Shown one piece after another: positions 50,466 through 60,733 of a DNA stretch of 64,000 bases. Origin of the DNA: Sedimentisphaerales bacterium (GTDB lineage: Bacteria; Planctomycetota; Phycisphaerae; Sedimentisphaerales; SM23-30); assembly GCA_963663805.2 (NCBI GenBank), contig CAXXMR010000012.1, forward strand, positions 288,001 through 352,000, given 5' to 3'. Made by a program: the position numbers and the translations under genes. Position 1 is the first letter of the stretch, and every line of letters begins with the position of its first letter. A model generated the notes under the pieces. That model was not told where the DNA came from and did not search any database. It saw only the letters and a list, made by a program, of their open reading frames with translations.

Positions 50466-52067
50466 ATGAATCGAAGACTGTTAATCATCCTTGCGTTATT
50501 GATTATCTGCCCAGCTCTGATTGCCGACGTAAAAATAATCCCGTCCTTCCTGCCGATAATGGTTGAGCGTAACTGCAACATGGTAATGCAGTTAAAAATC
50601 ACCGGTCCCGGCCTCCTGCGCGAACTTACCGTCAAAACCGAAGGCACTACCAATCCCGAAGAAATTGAAAATATTTCAGTTTACAACCTCGGTACAACTC
50701 AGGCTAAGGCCATCACCAAAACCGACCCGGCTGCCCGGCTTGCCTCAAGCAGTACAATTGCCGAACAAGTTTGTTTTAAAATTAATCGTCAACTTGAACC
50801 GGGTGATAATTACATTGCGGTATCATACAAGATTTCACCCGCCACAAACCTGCTCCACCGATTCGGGGTTTCCTGTCCGTCAATAACCATCGACAGCCAA
50901 AAACACAAACTCAACTCCTGCTATAATAAACCCCTGCTGCCCGCTGTTAAAGTTCGCGACTTTGGCGACGACGGCAGCCTCGGCTACCGCATCCCCAGCC
51001 TCGTGACCACCAATAAGGGGACACTCATCGCCGCCTATGATATTCGCTGGGCCAGTCGCCGCGACTTGCAGGGCGACATGGACATTGGTATCAGTCGCAG
51101 TGAAGACGGCGGCCAAACCTGGGGGCCGATGCTGCGTGCTATCGACATGAAGCGTTGGGGCGGCCTGCCCGAAAAATTTAACGGGGTCAGCGACGCTGGC
51201 CTGTTAGTAGATACCGACACCAATACAATTTTCTGTGCCGGGCTATGGATGCACGGTCTGCGTGACAAAAACGGTAAATTTATCGAAGGTTTGACCGAAA
51301 AAAATGATGAATGGCAGCATCAATGGCGTGAGACCGGTTCCTGCGTCGGTATGGACCCGAAACTCACCTGTCAATACCTGATGACCTCCAGTACCGACGA
51401 CGGCAAAACCTGGTCCGAACCACAAAACCTGACCCAAAAGCTCAAAGACCCCGGCTGGATTCTATTTGCGCCATGTCCCGGACACGGCATTACGCTCGAC
51501 GACGGCACTTTGGTTATGACCGCACAGGGGCGGGACGGAAACTCCAAAAGTTTCACAACCATTATATACAGCAAAGACCACGGGCAAAACTGGCAGACCG
51601 CCCCGGCTCTACGTTACAGCATAGGCGAGACCGGTCTGGCCCAGCTTGCCGACGGTTCAATACTCTTTAATGGTAGAAGCCCCAAAGGTACCGGCTATCG
51701 CGGCGTTGCGGTTTCAGCTGACCTGGGCAAAACCTGGCAAGACCACCCCACCGACCTGAAAGCACTTGTCGAACCCGGCTGTATGGGCAGTTTAATAAAA
51801 TACGATTATCCCGTAGACGGCAAACCCCTGCTGCTGTTCTCCTGCCCCGACTCCCAGAAGAACCGCGAAAAAATGACTATCAGAGTTTCACTTGACGAGG
51901 GCATGACCTGGCCGATAAACAACCAGATAATGCTCGACCAGTTCGGCGGAGCGTATTCCTGTTTGAGCACCGTAGAGAAAAACGTAATCGGCATCCTCTA
52001 CGAAAGCAGCCAGGGCTACCTCATCTTCCAGAAAGTCGCACTGCCCGAACTTATCAGTACAAATTAG
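50466..52067 (+). CDS. GH33 sialidase with N-terminal accessory domain
   Basis: Signal peptide MNRRLL, YRIP motif, five Asp boxes (SEDGGQTW, STDDGKTW, SKDHGQNW, SADLGKTW, SLDEGMTW). Confidence 0.92.
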   Translation: MNRRLLIILALLIICPALIADVKIIPSFLPIMVERNCNMVMQLKITGPGLLRELTVKTEGTTNPEEIENISVYNLGTTQAKAITKTDPAARLASSSTIAEQVCFKINRQLEPGDNYIAVSYKISPATNLLHRFGVSCPSITIDSQKHKLNSCYNKPLLPAVKVRDFGDDGSLGYRIPSLVTTNKGTLIAAYDIRWASRRDLQGDMDIGISRSEDGGQTWGPMLRAIDMKRWGGLPEKFNGVSDAGLLVDTDTNTIFCAGLWMHGLRDKNGKFIEGLTEKNDEWQHQWRETGSCVGMDPKLTCQYLMTSSTDDGKTWSEPQNLTQKLKDPGWILFAPCPGHGITLDDGTLVMTAQGRDGNSKSFTTIIYSKDHGQNWQTAPALRYSIGETGLAQLADGSILFNGRSPKGTGYRGVAVSADLGKTWQDHPTDLKALVEPGCMGSLIKYDYPVDGKPLLLFSCPDSQKNREKMTIRVSLDEGMTWPINNQIMLDQFGGAYSCLSTVEKNVIGILYESSQGYLIFQKVALPELISTN

Positions 52068-52147
52068 TAAGCCGACTAAAACACAATAGTCCGTAACTGG
52101 AGTTTTGCAAAAGTCAAGTCGTTAAACGTAAGTGTTCACGGTATTTC

Positions 52148-52185
52148 AAAAGACCGTGGACACCTTAAAACATCCACGGTCTTTT
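52148..52185. terminator. Bidirectional terminator between the sialidase and catalase
   Basis: AAAAGACCGTGGA...TCCACGGTCTTTT. Confidence 0.8.
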
Positions 52186-52233
52186 GTTATATCATCCAGC
52201 GGAAGCAAATTTCATCCGCCGTACTTTTGAGAG

Positions 52234-53663
52234 TTATCCCAGAGCTTTACGAACGCCCTGCCCATACTTTGGGTCGGCCTTATCGAAATGAGCCAACTGC
52301 CTTTCGATAATCTCCTTGGGCACTCCCTTCATCGCACCGGCCAAAGCCTTGCATAGCCGTCCCTGCTGCTCCGCCGTCATCAACCGATAAAGGTTTCCGG
52401 CTGCGTATAATCGTCGTTGCCCTCGCTTTGATTATAGCGGTCGGCATCACCGGAAATTGCCAAAGGCGGCTCTTTGAACTGGTCATCCTCAACCGGTCCG
52501 CCGAAACTGTTTGGCTCATAATTAACCGACCCGCCGCCGTTGCCATCCGAGCGTATCGAACCATCGCGATAATAATTGTTCACTTCGCATTTTGGTCTGT
52601 TCACGGGCAGATTCTCATAATGCGTACCCAACCGGTAGCGATGAGCATCGGCATAGGAGACGACCCGGAACTGCAGCATCTTATCGGGACTGTGGCTGAT
52701 ACCCGGTACCACATTACCCGGCGAAAACGCCGCCTGTTCGATTTCAGCGAAATAATTTTCCGGATTGCGATTCAACTCCATAACCCCAACCTCAATTAGC
52801 GGATACTCGCCATGCGGCCAAACCTTGGTCAGGTCGAAGGGATTATAAGAAGTTTTTTCCGCGTCCTTCTCGGGCATAATCTGCACAAAAAGTGTCCACT
52901 TCGGACAATCACCTTTTTCAATCGAAGCAAACAAATCACGTTGATGGCTTTCCCGGTCGGTAGCGATTATCTTCTCGGCTTCTTCATCTGTCAGGGTCTT
53001 GATTCCCTGCATGGTCTTGAAATGAAACTTCACCCAGAACCGTTCATTTTTGGCATTGATAAAACTATATGTATGACTGCCGTAACCGTTCATGTGACGA
53101 TAGCTCCGCGGAATCCCCCGGTCCGAAAACAAAATCGTCACCTGATGCAAGGTCTCCGGCGAAAGCGACCAGAAATCCCACATCGCCTTATTACATCTCA
53201 GATTCGTTTTCGGGTCACGCTTTTGCGTATGAATAAAATCTGGAAACTTATAAGCGTCCCTAATAAAAAACACCGGCGTATTATTGCCCACCAGATCCCA
53301 GTTTCCCTGGTTCGTATAAAACTTCATTGCGAACCCGCGCACATCACGTTCCGCGTCAGCTGCGCCCTTCTCGCCCGCCACCGTCGAAAATCGTACCAGA
53401 CAATCGGTCTTCTGTCCCACCTTCGCGAAAATATCCGCCTTGGTATATTTGGTAATATCATGCGTCACCGTAAAAGCACCATAAGCCCCCGACCCCTTGG
53501 CATGAACCACCCGCTCCGGAATTCGCTCCCGATTGAAATGAGCGTGCTTCTCAAATAACTGCCAGTCCTGTACCAGCATAGGTCCGCGCGGCCCTGCGGT
53601 CAAAGCGTTCTGATTATCTCCAATGGGAATTCCCGCCGAACTGGTCAACTGTTTCTTCTTCAT
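52234..53663 (-). CDS. katA: Monofunctional heme catalase, apparent -1 frameshift near the C-terminus
   Basis: [37 protein letters not shown]; adding one base at 52397-52398 gives ...QPGNLYRLM...[10 protein letters not shown]...ALG* ending at 52234. Confidence 0.93.
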
Positions 53664-53871
53664 GATATATTCCTTTCCGCGTAAATTTAACTGATACGAT
53701 TGCTTCGGTCAGAAGCCAGACTATCTCCTGATACACGCTTGACAATATGTCCGGTTCTATGAAAAGTCAAGTTAATCATGGAGTTTTTTTAGTAACTAGC
53801 TTTCACCACGATAGTTACATTCCGCGGGGCGGGGTCCCGCCCGCACTGATTAAGGACGAAACAGATAGAAC

Positions 53872-53924
53872 GAAAAACTATAAAGGCCAGATGCTCGGGG
53901 TCGAATTATGTCACAATCGTCCCG
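53872..53924 (+). repeat. Degenerate copy of the 40152-40229 palindrome
   Basis: 45/53 ungapped identity to the reverse complement of 40177-40229. Confidence 0.85.
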
Positions 53925-54080
53925 TTGTGGCCGCTACTGGGGTGTCACAACTTTTGTCTTTTCTGAGGCAGGATGTAAATTGGTTTGGGGGGCGAAGTTG
54001 GGGCTTTTATTATTCATTTGAGGGGGTATAATGGTGGGAAATGGATTTGTGGATAACTTTCGGTATGGAGGCTTTGGTTA

Positions 54081-55097
54081 TTGATGGCAGGGGTAAGTGA
54101 TGCTCGGCTGATACTGTTGCGGAAGCTGGCGATGGCACTTGCGGTGCTTTCGGCGGTGGTGGCGGTTGGTACGCTGGGATTCTGCCTGATCGGGGGGCGT
54201 TCGTTTGTGGTGGGGTTGTATCTGACGCTGATAACTGTTAGTACGCTGGGGATGCGGGGGTCGGCGAGTCCGCTAACGGGGGCGGAGCAGATATGGGTGA
54301 TGGTTCTGATTGTGGTGGGGATTGGTTCGGCAATGGTGGCGCTGACCCTGGTGGTTGGTGCGGTGGTAGAAGGACATATGCGGAGTATTTTAGGGAGACG
54401 CAAAGTGAATATGAAGATCGCGTCTTTGAATGACCATACGGTCGTTTGCGGGTACGGCAAGATGGGGCGGCTGGTGTGTTCTCATTTACGTTTGCGGCAG
54501 ACGCCGGTGGTGATTATTGACCAGAATCCAGATGCGACGCTGGCGGCGGAGCGGGATGGGTTTCTTTATGTGCTGGGCGATGCTACGGACGAGACGATTT
54601 TGCGGGATGCGGGAATCGCTCGGGCCAAGGCGCTGGTGACTTTGCTGGAGACTGATGCTTCGAATGTTTTTGTGACGCTGGTGGCGCGGGATTTGAATAG
54701 TAAAATATTTATCGCGGCCCGGGCGGAGATCCATGAGAGCGAGTCGCGGCTTATGCGGGCCGGGGCTGATAAGGCGATATGCCCGCAGGTGATTGGGGCG
54801 ACGCGGCTGGCGAATGTCCTGACGCGGCCTTCGGTGGTTGATTTTATCGATTTCGCGTCGGAAGGTTTGGATTTGGAGGCCGAGCAGTTCGCTATTGAAG
54901 AAGGCAGTAAGCTGGTGGGCCAGACGCTGCGGCAGGCGAATTTGCCGCGGGAGATTGGGGTGCTGGTTATTGCTTTGAAGCGGGCGAACGGAAAAACGAT
55001 GTTTAATCCGGACCCGGATGTGGTACTGGATGTCGGTGATACGATGGTGCTGACCGGCAAGCTGGGTTCGATGGCGGAGCTGAGTAAGAGGTATTGA
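54081..55097 (+). CDS. Potassium channel with RCK (TrkA-N/TrkA-C) domains
   Basis: Two TM helices with pore TVSTLGM, VVCGYGKMG, GDATDE and FNPDPD motifs. Confidence 0.92.
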   Translation: MMAGVSDARLILLRKLAMALAVLSAVVAVGTLGFCLIGGRSFVVGLYLTLITVSTLGMRGSASPLTGAEQIWVMVLIVVGIGSAMVALTLVVGAVVEGHMRSILGRRKVNMKIASLNDHTVVCGYGKMGRLVCSHLRLRQTPVVIIDQNPDATLAAERDGFLYVLGDATDETILRDAGIARAKALVTLLETDASNVFVTLVARDLNSKIFIAARAEIHESESRLMRAGADKAICPQVIGATRLANVLTRPSVVDFIDFASEGLDLEAEQFAIEEGSKLVGQTLRQANLPREIGVLVIALKRANGKTMFNPDPDVVLDVGDTMVLTGKLGSMAELSKRY

Positions 55098-55099
55098 CG

Positions 55100-55221
55100 G
55101 CAGGCATAAGGCATGAGAGAAGGCATGAGTCAAGAGGCAAGAGTGAACGGCGAGGTTTCGGCCTTTGGCCGAGGTTGGTTTATTTAACGGCACCGCTTAC
55201 TGACGTGCGCGGCTCTGACAG
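55100..55221. repeat. REP-like dispersed repeat, copy 2, with GGCATGA heptamers
   Basis: Inverted match to 36320-36428. Confidence 0.85.
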
Positions 55222-55236
55222 AGTAGTGGTTTTGGA

Positions 55237-56454
55237 ATGATTTATTTTTGGATAGTGGTGGGGATTTTTATGGTTGCGCAGTTTTTGACGCTGGTGGAGG
55301 CGGTGCGGCATTATCGTTTCTATCAGAGAAAGTTTCGGCGGCGGCCGGCGGGTTATGAACCGCGGACAGCTCTTATCGCACCTTGTAAGGGGATTGATAC
55401 GACGTTTGAACGGAATATTTCATCTTTTTTCGCTCAGCGGTATCGTGACTATGAGTTGTTCTTTGTGGTGGAGTCTGAAGATGATGCGGCTTATGGTAAG
55501 CTTCAGGAGATTATCGCTGAGCATGATGAGGTAAAGGCGCATCTGGTCGTGGCGGGTATGGGGACTACTTCTTCGCAGAAGCTGCATAATCTGTTGGCGG
55601 CAGGTGAGCGGGTGGACGATAGTTTTGAAGTGCTGGCTTTTGTGGATTCGGATGCGTGCCTGAGTGGGGATTATCTTTTGAATCTGGTTTATCCGCTGCG
55701 GCGTGATGAGGTGGGGGCGACAACGGGGTATCGGTGGTTTGTGCCGACGGATGAGCAGTTGTCCAGTAAGGTGCTTAGTGCGATGAACGCGTTTTTCGCA
55801 GGTCAGATGGGCCCGCACAACTGGAATACGACCTGGGGCGGGGCGATGGCGATTGAGCGGGAATTATTTGGGCGGGCGAAAGTTGCGGAGTTCTGGCGGG
55901 AGGCTTGTACGGATGATTACAGTTTGACGCGGGCCGTTTGGGAGCAGAAAAAGATTGTGGAGTTTGTGCCGGCCTGTTTTGCGGCTAGCTATGAGCAGAT
56001 GAGCTGGAATGAGCTTTTTCGGTTTGCCCGTCGTCAGTTTTTGATAACGCGAGTGTATATGCCGCATTTGTGGTGGCTGGCACTGCTGGGGCTGGGGCAT
56101 TATTTGGTGGGTTTCTGGGGAGCGTTTGTTTTGACGATAGTATGGGCGGTTATGGATTCTGCTTACGCGATTGTGGGGGCGGTGCTGGCGTTTAGTTTTC
56201 TGGCCAACGGGATGGTCAAGGCAATCTTGCGGCAGTGCTTTATTCATGAGGTGCTGGAGCGGGACGCGGCGAGGCTTTTGGGGCCGGCTCTGATAGATGT
56301 GATGGCACAGCCGGTGGTGGCGATTTTGAGTATTTTTTGTCTGCTGGCATCGGGGCTGAGCCGGAAGATGGAATGGCGGGGTAGAAAATATGTATTGCGG
56401 GGGATGCGGGATGTTGAGGTGGTTGCCGGAGAAGGCATGAGGCATGAGGCATGA
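55237..56454 (+). CDS. GT2/GT21 membrane glycosyltransferase (ceramide glucosyltransferase/HpnI-like)
   Basis: PCKGID, KLHNL, FVDSD, TTGYRW, WGGAMA, TDD, RRQ and WRGRKY motifs. Confidence 0.85.
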   Translation: MIYFWIVVGIFMVAQFLTLVEAVRHYRFYQRKFRRRPAGYEPRTALIAPCKGIDTTFERNISSFFAQRYRDYELFFVVESEDDAAYGKLQEIIAEHDEVKAHLVVAGMGTTSSQKLHNLLAAGERVDDSFEVLAFVDSDACLSGDYLLNLVYPLRRDEVGATTGYRWFVPTDEQLSSKVLSAMNAFFAGQMGPHNWNTTWGGAMAIERELFGRAKVAEFWREACTDDYSLTRAVWEQKKIVEFVPACFAASYEQMSWNELFRFARRQFLITRVYMPHLWWLALLGLGHYLVGFWGAFVLTIVWAVMDSAYAIVGAVLAFSFLANGMVKAILRQCFIHEVLERDAARLLGPALIDVMAQPVVAILSIFCLLASGLSRKMEWRGRKYVLRGMRDVEVVAGEGMRHEA

Positions 56455-56561
56455 GGTAAAAGTGGAACGGCTTGGTTTTTTGAGTTGGCAGGTTGTGCGG
56501 TTAATGGGGGACATTAACAGTCTGATTTTCGGTTTTGGGGGAAGGGACGGCGAAGGAGGGA

Positions 56562-59500
56562 TTAATTTGTGTCGAAGCCAAGGGAGAGATGCTGGTAGTC
56601 GATGAGGTTTACGACTCCGTCGCAGTTCAGGTCGGCGGCGAGCAGGGGCTGTTGAAAAAGCCAGCTTTCGGCGAGCATGAGTGTGTCCAGGATGTCGATG
56701 CTGCCGTCGTGGTTGAGGTCGGGGTTGGTTTGGGCGGCCAGGAGTGAAATGGAGGCCTGGGCAGTGTTGCCGTAGGCGCCGAGGTTGATAGCGTTGCCGC
56801 GGGGTGGTGGTTCGGCGTTGTAGGAATCGTCGGGGTCGCCGGCGTCGATGCACTGGCTGGTCTGAGAGTCGTATTGCCATTGTTGGGCGGTTGGATCCCA
56901 GCGACCGAGTGCGGACTGGAGATGATAGTCGCTGTTTTCGAGAGCAGCGAAGAGGGGGTCTGCGGAGATGTTATTGGGGACTGGCGAGTAGGGAGTAAGG
57001 GCTCCGCCGTAGTTGGCAGGAGTGTTGGCGTAGAGATTGTTGTGGTGGAATTCGTCCAGGCTGAAAGGTGAGGTTGTATAAAAATATATGCCGGCACCGT
57101 TTTGGTTGTCGGCGATGATGTTGTTGCGGATTATGGGGGCGGGTGATTCGGCGTCCAGGGCGATGAGGCAGGTGAACATGCTGAAGCTGGAGTAGTTGTT
57201 GGCGATGGTGTTGTTGATGAGCTGGGGTGAGCCGAGCCACCAGGACAAGGCTGAGCCGTAGGCAGCGGTGTTTTCGACGATGAGGTTGTTTGTGAGGGCA
57301 GCTTGGCTGTTTTCGAGGCGGACGGCGGCGGAGCCCTGGGGAACGTGGTTGTCGCAGATGGTGTTGTAGCGGATGAGGGAGGCGTCGTTGAGGCAGCAGA
57401 GAGCTGCACCCCAGTAGATGGCGTGGTTGCCGGTGATGATGTTGTGTTCGATGGTGGGTGAGGCGGCGTTGATGTAGATGGCGGAGCCGTAGTTGGCTCG
57501 ACCGTTGGTGATGGTAAAGCCGCGGAGGCAGGCGGCGTTGGTTTCGCCGGAATCGAAGGTGATGACGGGTCCGGTTTCGTTGCCGTCGATGATGGTGGAT
57601 GAGACGATGTCGGGGTCGTTTGGGTCGGTACTTTGGATAGTGATGACTTTGCCGTGGAAGTCGATGTTCTCGGTGTAGGTGCCGGGGGCGACGATGATGA
57701 TGGAGCCGTCGGGGGCGAGGTCGATGGCGGTTTGGAGGGAGTCGATGTCGTTGGGGATGTTGATCGTGGGCGGGGTGCGGTCGGGCCAGACGTTGCCCAG
57801 CAGAGGGCGGTAGAAGTCCCACATGTCCTCGTTGAAGCGGGACCATTGCCGCATATAGCCGCCGGTGTGGCCGAGTTCGCGTTCGGTCTGCATATAGCGG
57901 TCCATGTAGTCAAAGAGAGCATCATGGTTCCAGAGGTTCTGGGCGTTCATAATGCGGGCGGCCAGGAGATATCCGGCCCAGGCATTGGCGGTGCAGCATT
58001 GGCGATAGGGGGTCTCCCAAAGCTTATTGTCCTGGGAAGGTGAAGTTGCGTGAAGGATTCCCCATTCCGGCAGATCGGCGTCTTCATCTATATATTCCTG
58101 GGCGTCAAGATATTTTGAAGTAACACCGTGGCCGTAATAAACAAAATCCGAAATGAGGTATTCCATATTTTCATATACTGTCCCTTCCGGGTCCTCAGGA
58201 AGACCACGGTAAGGTTCAGTCAGTTCCAGGTGGGTATCATCAATTACTGATTCTCCAGCAATTTCATAAGCACGGCCCTGGGGATCCCAGATTTCCGCAT
58301 CTTCCTTCACGCCGAACATTTCCGTCATAGAACACTGTGTCCATTTAGTGTCGCTGCCGACTACCTGGGTGCTGCCTTTAGTAAGTGTGGCGGTGCCCAT
58401 CTGATATGAATCATGGTACCCATGTATTTCATAAGGCGGCGTATAGATGTCGTAGTCGCAGTTTCCGGCGGGCGGATCTGCGGCGGGGTGCTTACGAACA
58501 TAAAACGTCTGGTCATCTTCTCCGAAATGAATGTAATCATCAGGAATATTGCCGGGACCATGCCCTTCAGCGTAAAGATAGTCACCGGACTTCTGTCCGA
58601 TTGCCTTCATAGCCGGATCATGGAGAACAAGCCCGGCAAAAAGAATCGGCCACTTGCGACCGCTGGCATGGCCGCCATTGTTAGCCCAATAGCCACCTTT
58701 CTGCATAATACCGTGCATATCAAGGCCCAACTGGGCAAAACGAATCAGCAGTTTTTCTTTTTCGCTAGTGGAGAAATTAAGATGAAGCACCAAACTGGCG
58801 ATACCGATCTGGTCGGCCATATCTCGACCATAATCGGGCATATTCTCAGCAGGATGATAATCTCGGCCTGTCCAGCCGACAATGTGGTCCAGCCAGGGAC
58901 GCTCGAACCAACGTTCCACTACAATCAGCTCCGGAACACGAGGAACCGGCTTTAGAGAGGCCAGCAATGAATAATCAAGTAAAGTCTTATTAAAATGAAT
59001 GGTTTTATCCGTTCCGCAATAAGGCGGACGGAAGCTGCCCGCAGCAGCAGGCTCGGCAAGAACAGTTAAGATAGCGGCGGTTTGAAGCTGAGGTCGGTGG
59101 CCAGCTTCATGGATGCTGATTGATGAAACCAGACTGGAATTCGGAGAAACTGTTAGGGGGGCAGTTGTTGAGATATTTAAGGCAACATTAAGTGCGGCGT
59201 CGTAATTACCCATGGCACTATCATAGCCATGGCCGCTATTTAGTGGAGATGGGTTAATCATTGCGCCGTTTTTTGTACGGTTGTCGATTTCTTCTGAAGG
59301 TGGATTGATGGCGATGATGTTAACTGGGCCAACTACCCAAAAGTCTCCATTGGCGAAGCGGCCTATCTGATATTGCTGGTCGAAGGTCCAGGTTATGCCG
59401 AATTGGGTCACTCCGGCGGCTCTATAATTAAGATTTTCCGGCCATTCGGTTTCGAATATTTCTGGGCAGATTGAAAGGATTATTATCGTATCATCAGAAG

Positions 59501-59684
59501 CGGCGGTCTGGGCTGTCGGGGTAAGGGTTTGCCAGGGGGATTGCTCTGTGCCGCTGTTTGAGTCACTGCCGTTTACATAATCGACATACCAGGTCTGTCC
59601 GGCGGCAAGCAGGGCAGATGCTGGCAGACAAGAAATCAGGATTAGGGCTGTAACATTGTATATAGACATCATGTTTGTCTTCAT
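56562..59684 (-). CDS. Large secreted protein: unknown central domain, right-handed beta-helix, dockerin-like tail
   Basis: Signal peptide; WYVDYVNGSDSNSGT; PGTYTENI, GFTITNG and NNIIA beta-helix repeats; PDLNHDGSIDILD and ADLNCDGVVNLID. Confidence 0.8.
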   Translation of the reverse strand: MKTNMMSIYNVTALILISCLPASALLAAGQTWYVDYVNGSDSNSGTEQSPWQTLTPTAQTAASDDTIIILSICPEIFETEWPENLNYRAAGVTQFGITWTFDQQYQIGRFANGDFWVVGPVNIIAINPPSEEIDNRTKNGAMINPSPLNSGHGYDSAMGNYDAALNVALNISTTAPLTVSPNSSLVSSISIHEAGHRPQLQTAAILTVLAEPAAAGSFRPPYCGTDKTIHFNKTLLDYSLLASLKPVPRVPELIVVERWFERPWLDHIVGWTGRDYHPAENMPDYGRDMADQIGIASLVLHLNFSTSEKEKLLIRFAQLGLDMHGIMQKGGYWANNGGHASGRKWPILFAGLVLHDPAMKAIGQKSGDYLYAEGHGPGNIPDDYIHFGEDDQTFYVRKHPAADPPAGNCDYDIYTPPYEIHGYHDSYQMGTATLTKGSTQVVGSDTKWTQCSMTEMFGVKEDAEIWDPQGRAYEIAGESVIDDTHLELTEPYRGLPEDPEGTVYENMEYLISDFVYYGHGVTSKYLDAQEYIDEDADLPEWGILHATSPSQDNKLWETPYRQCCTANAWAGYLLAARIMNAQNLWNHDALFDYMDRYMQTERELGHTGGYMRQWSRFNEDMWDFYRPLLGNVWPDRTPPTINIPNDIDSLQTAIDLAPDGSIIIVAPGTYTENIDFHGKVITIQSTDPNDPDIVSSTIIDGNETGPVITFDSGETNAACLRGFTITNGRANYGSAIYINAASPTIEHNIITGNHAIYWGAALCCLNDASLIRYNTICDNHVPQGSAAVRLENSQAALTNNLIVENTAAYGSALSWWLGSPQLINNTIANNYSSFSMFTCLIALDAESPAPIIRNNIIADNQNGAGIYFYTTSPFSLDEFHHNNLYANTPANYGGALTPYSPVPNNISADPLFAALENSDYHLQSALGRWDPTAQQWQYDSQTSQCIDAGDPDDSYNAEPPPRGNAINLGAYGNTAQASISLLAAQTNPDLNHDGSIDILDTLMLAESWLFQQPLLAADLNCDGVVNLIDYQHLSLGFDTN

Positions 59685-59770
59685 AATCTTCCTTGATTAA
59701 AACAGGCAGGTTGCATGGTCCAATAATTCCGAAGGCAAAGTTAAACTGGGGAGGATAGGAGGTCAAGGGT

Positions 59771-59813
59771 TTTAGCCGCGGATTTCACGGATTGACGCGG
59801 ATTTTTGGATTTT
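59771..59813 (+). repeat. Short ~9-nt tandem repeat (C[A/G]CGGATT), copy 2
   Basis: AGCCGCGGATTTCACGGATTGACGCGGATTTT. Confidence 0.7.
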
Positions 59814-60073
59814 CTGGGCGTTCCACATATCTTTTGGGCTGCTGAATTCTTTATCCGTACGAACGGCTAGTCGGATGGATCGCTCGGGTTAGTAGAGGCT
59901 GGCAGATTAGCCAGGTTAGGTCCAATCTGACATTAGGCTATGTTTATCAGGTACTTAGCTAAATCCCAGAGTTGGTAATCGGCCTTGGAATAGGGTGTAG
60001 CTGGTCTGCCGAACATCAAAACAGGTCAGTCCTGAATGAAAGTTGATTTACTGAGGACCATTTTTGACCTGAG

Positions 60074-60367
60074 ATGGAACAAAGTCAATATGCAATGGAG
60101 CTTTGCAGACTCACATTAGAGCAAAGCCGGTCTGACATGGAGCAAAGTGTATTTACTTTGGAACAAAGTAAATTTGCATCGGGGCAAAGTGAACTTACTT
60201 TGGAACAAAGCAAGTTTACTTCAGAGCAAATCAAATTTACTTGGGAGCAAAGCAAACTTACTTAAGGGCAAAGTAAACTTACTTCGGAGCAAAGTAAACT
60301 TACTTAGGGGCAAAGCAAACTTACTTGGGGGCAAAGTCAATCTACTTAGGAGCAAGGCAGATTGGAG
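60074..60367 (+). repeat. Degenerate 21-bp tandem repeat array, about 14 units
   Basis: Consensus TNNGRRCAAAGYAAAYTTACT; units stay in exact 21-nt register. Confidence 0.9.
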
Positions 60368-60733
60368 TTATCGCCCCTGGCGGCGATAACAGTACTGGCA
60401 GGGACGTTTTTATGGGCCTGAGGGCCGATTTGGCTTATATAGACATCAGATAACCGTTTTTGACACTGGATGGGTCTTAATCATGAAATAATTAATGTAA
60501 TTCGTGGTTAATCTTCAAAATACACTTTTTCGCTAATCTCAGCGTCCCAATAGCCGATAATTACATCAGACAATAATTGAGTTTAATGATTGAACAAACA
60601 AGGGTTACGTACGCGAAAGCACCGGGGCCGAAGGATGGTTGGTCTTGATTTTTACCGGGGTATCTGCTATAAGGGCAGGTTCTGCCGGGCAGTCCGGCGC
60701 TCAGGGCGAATTGATGGTCGGAACATAGCGATT

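Noticed and set aside
50020..52200. Genomic island integrated at the tRNAs
   Set aside because: No integrase and no duplicated tRNA 3' end seen in the window.
54048..54056. Perfect DnaA box (TGTGGATAA) at a C-to-G skew switch, suggesting oriC
   Set aside because: Only one perfect box, no dnaA/dnaN or unwinding element nearby, and the skew fades by about 58 kb.
60074..60367. Possible CRISPR array
   Set aside because: Units are contiguous and degenerate, with no unique spacers and no cas genes.
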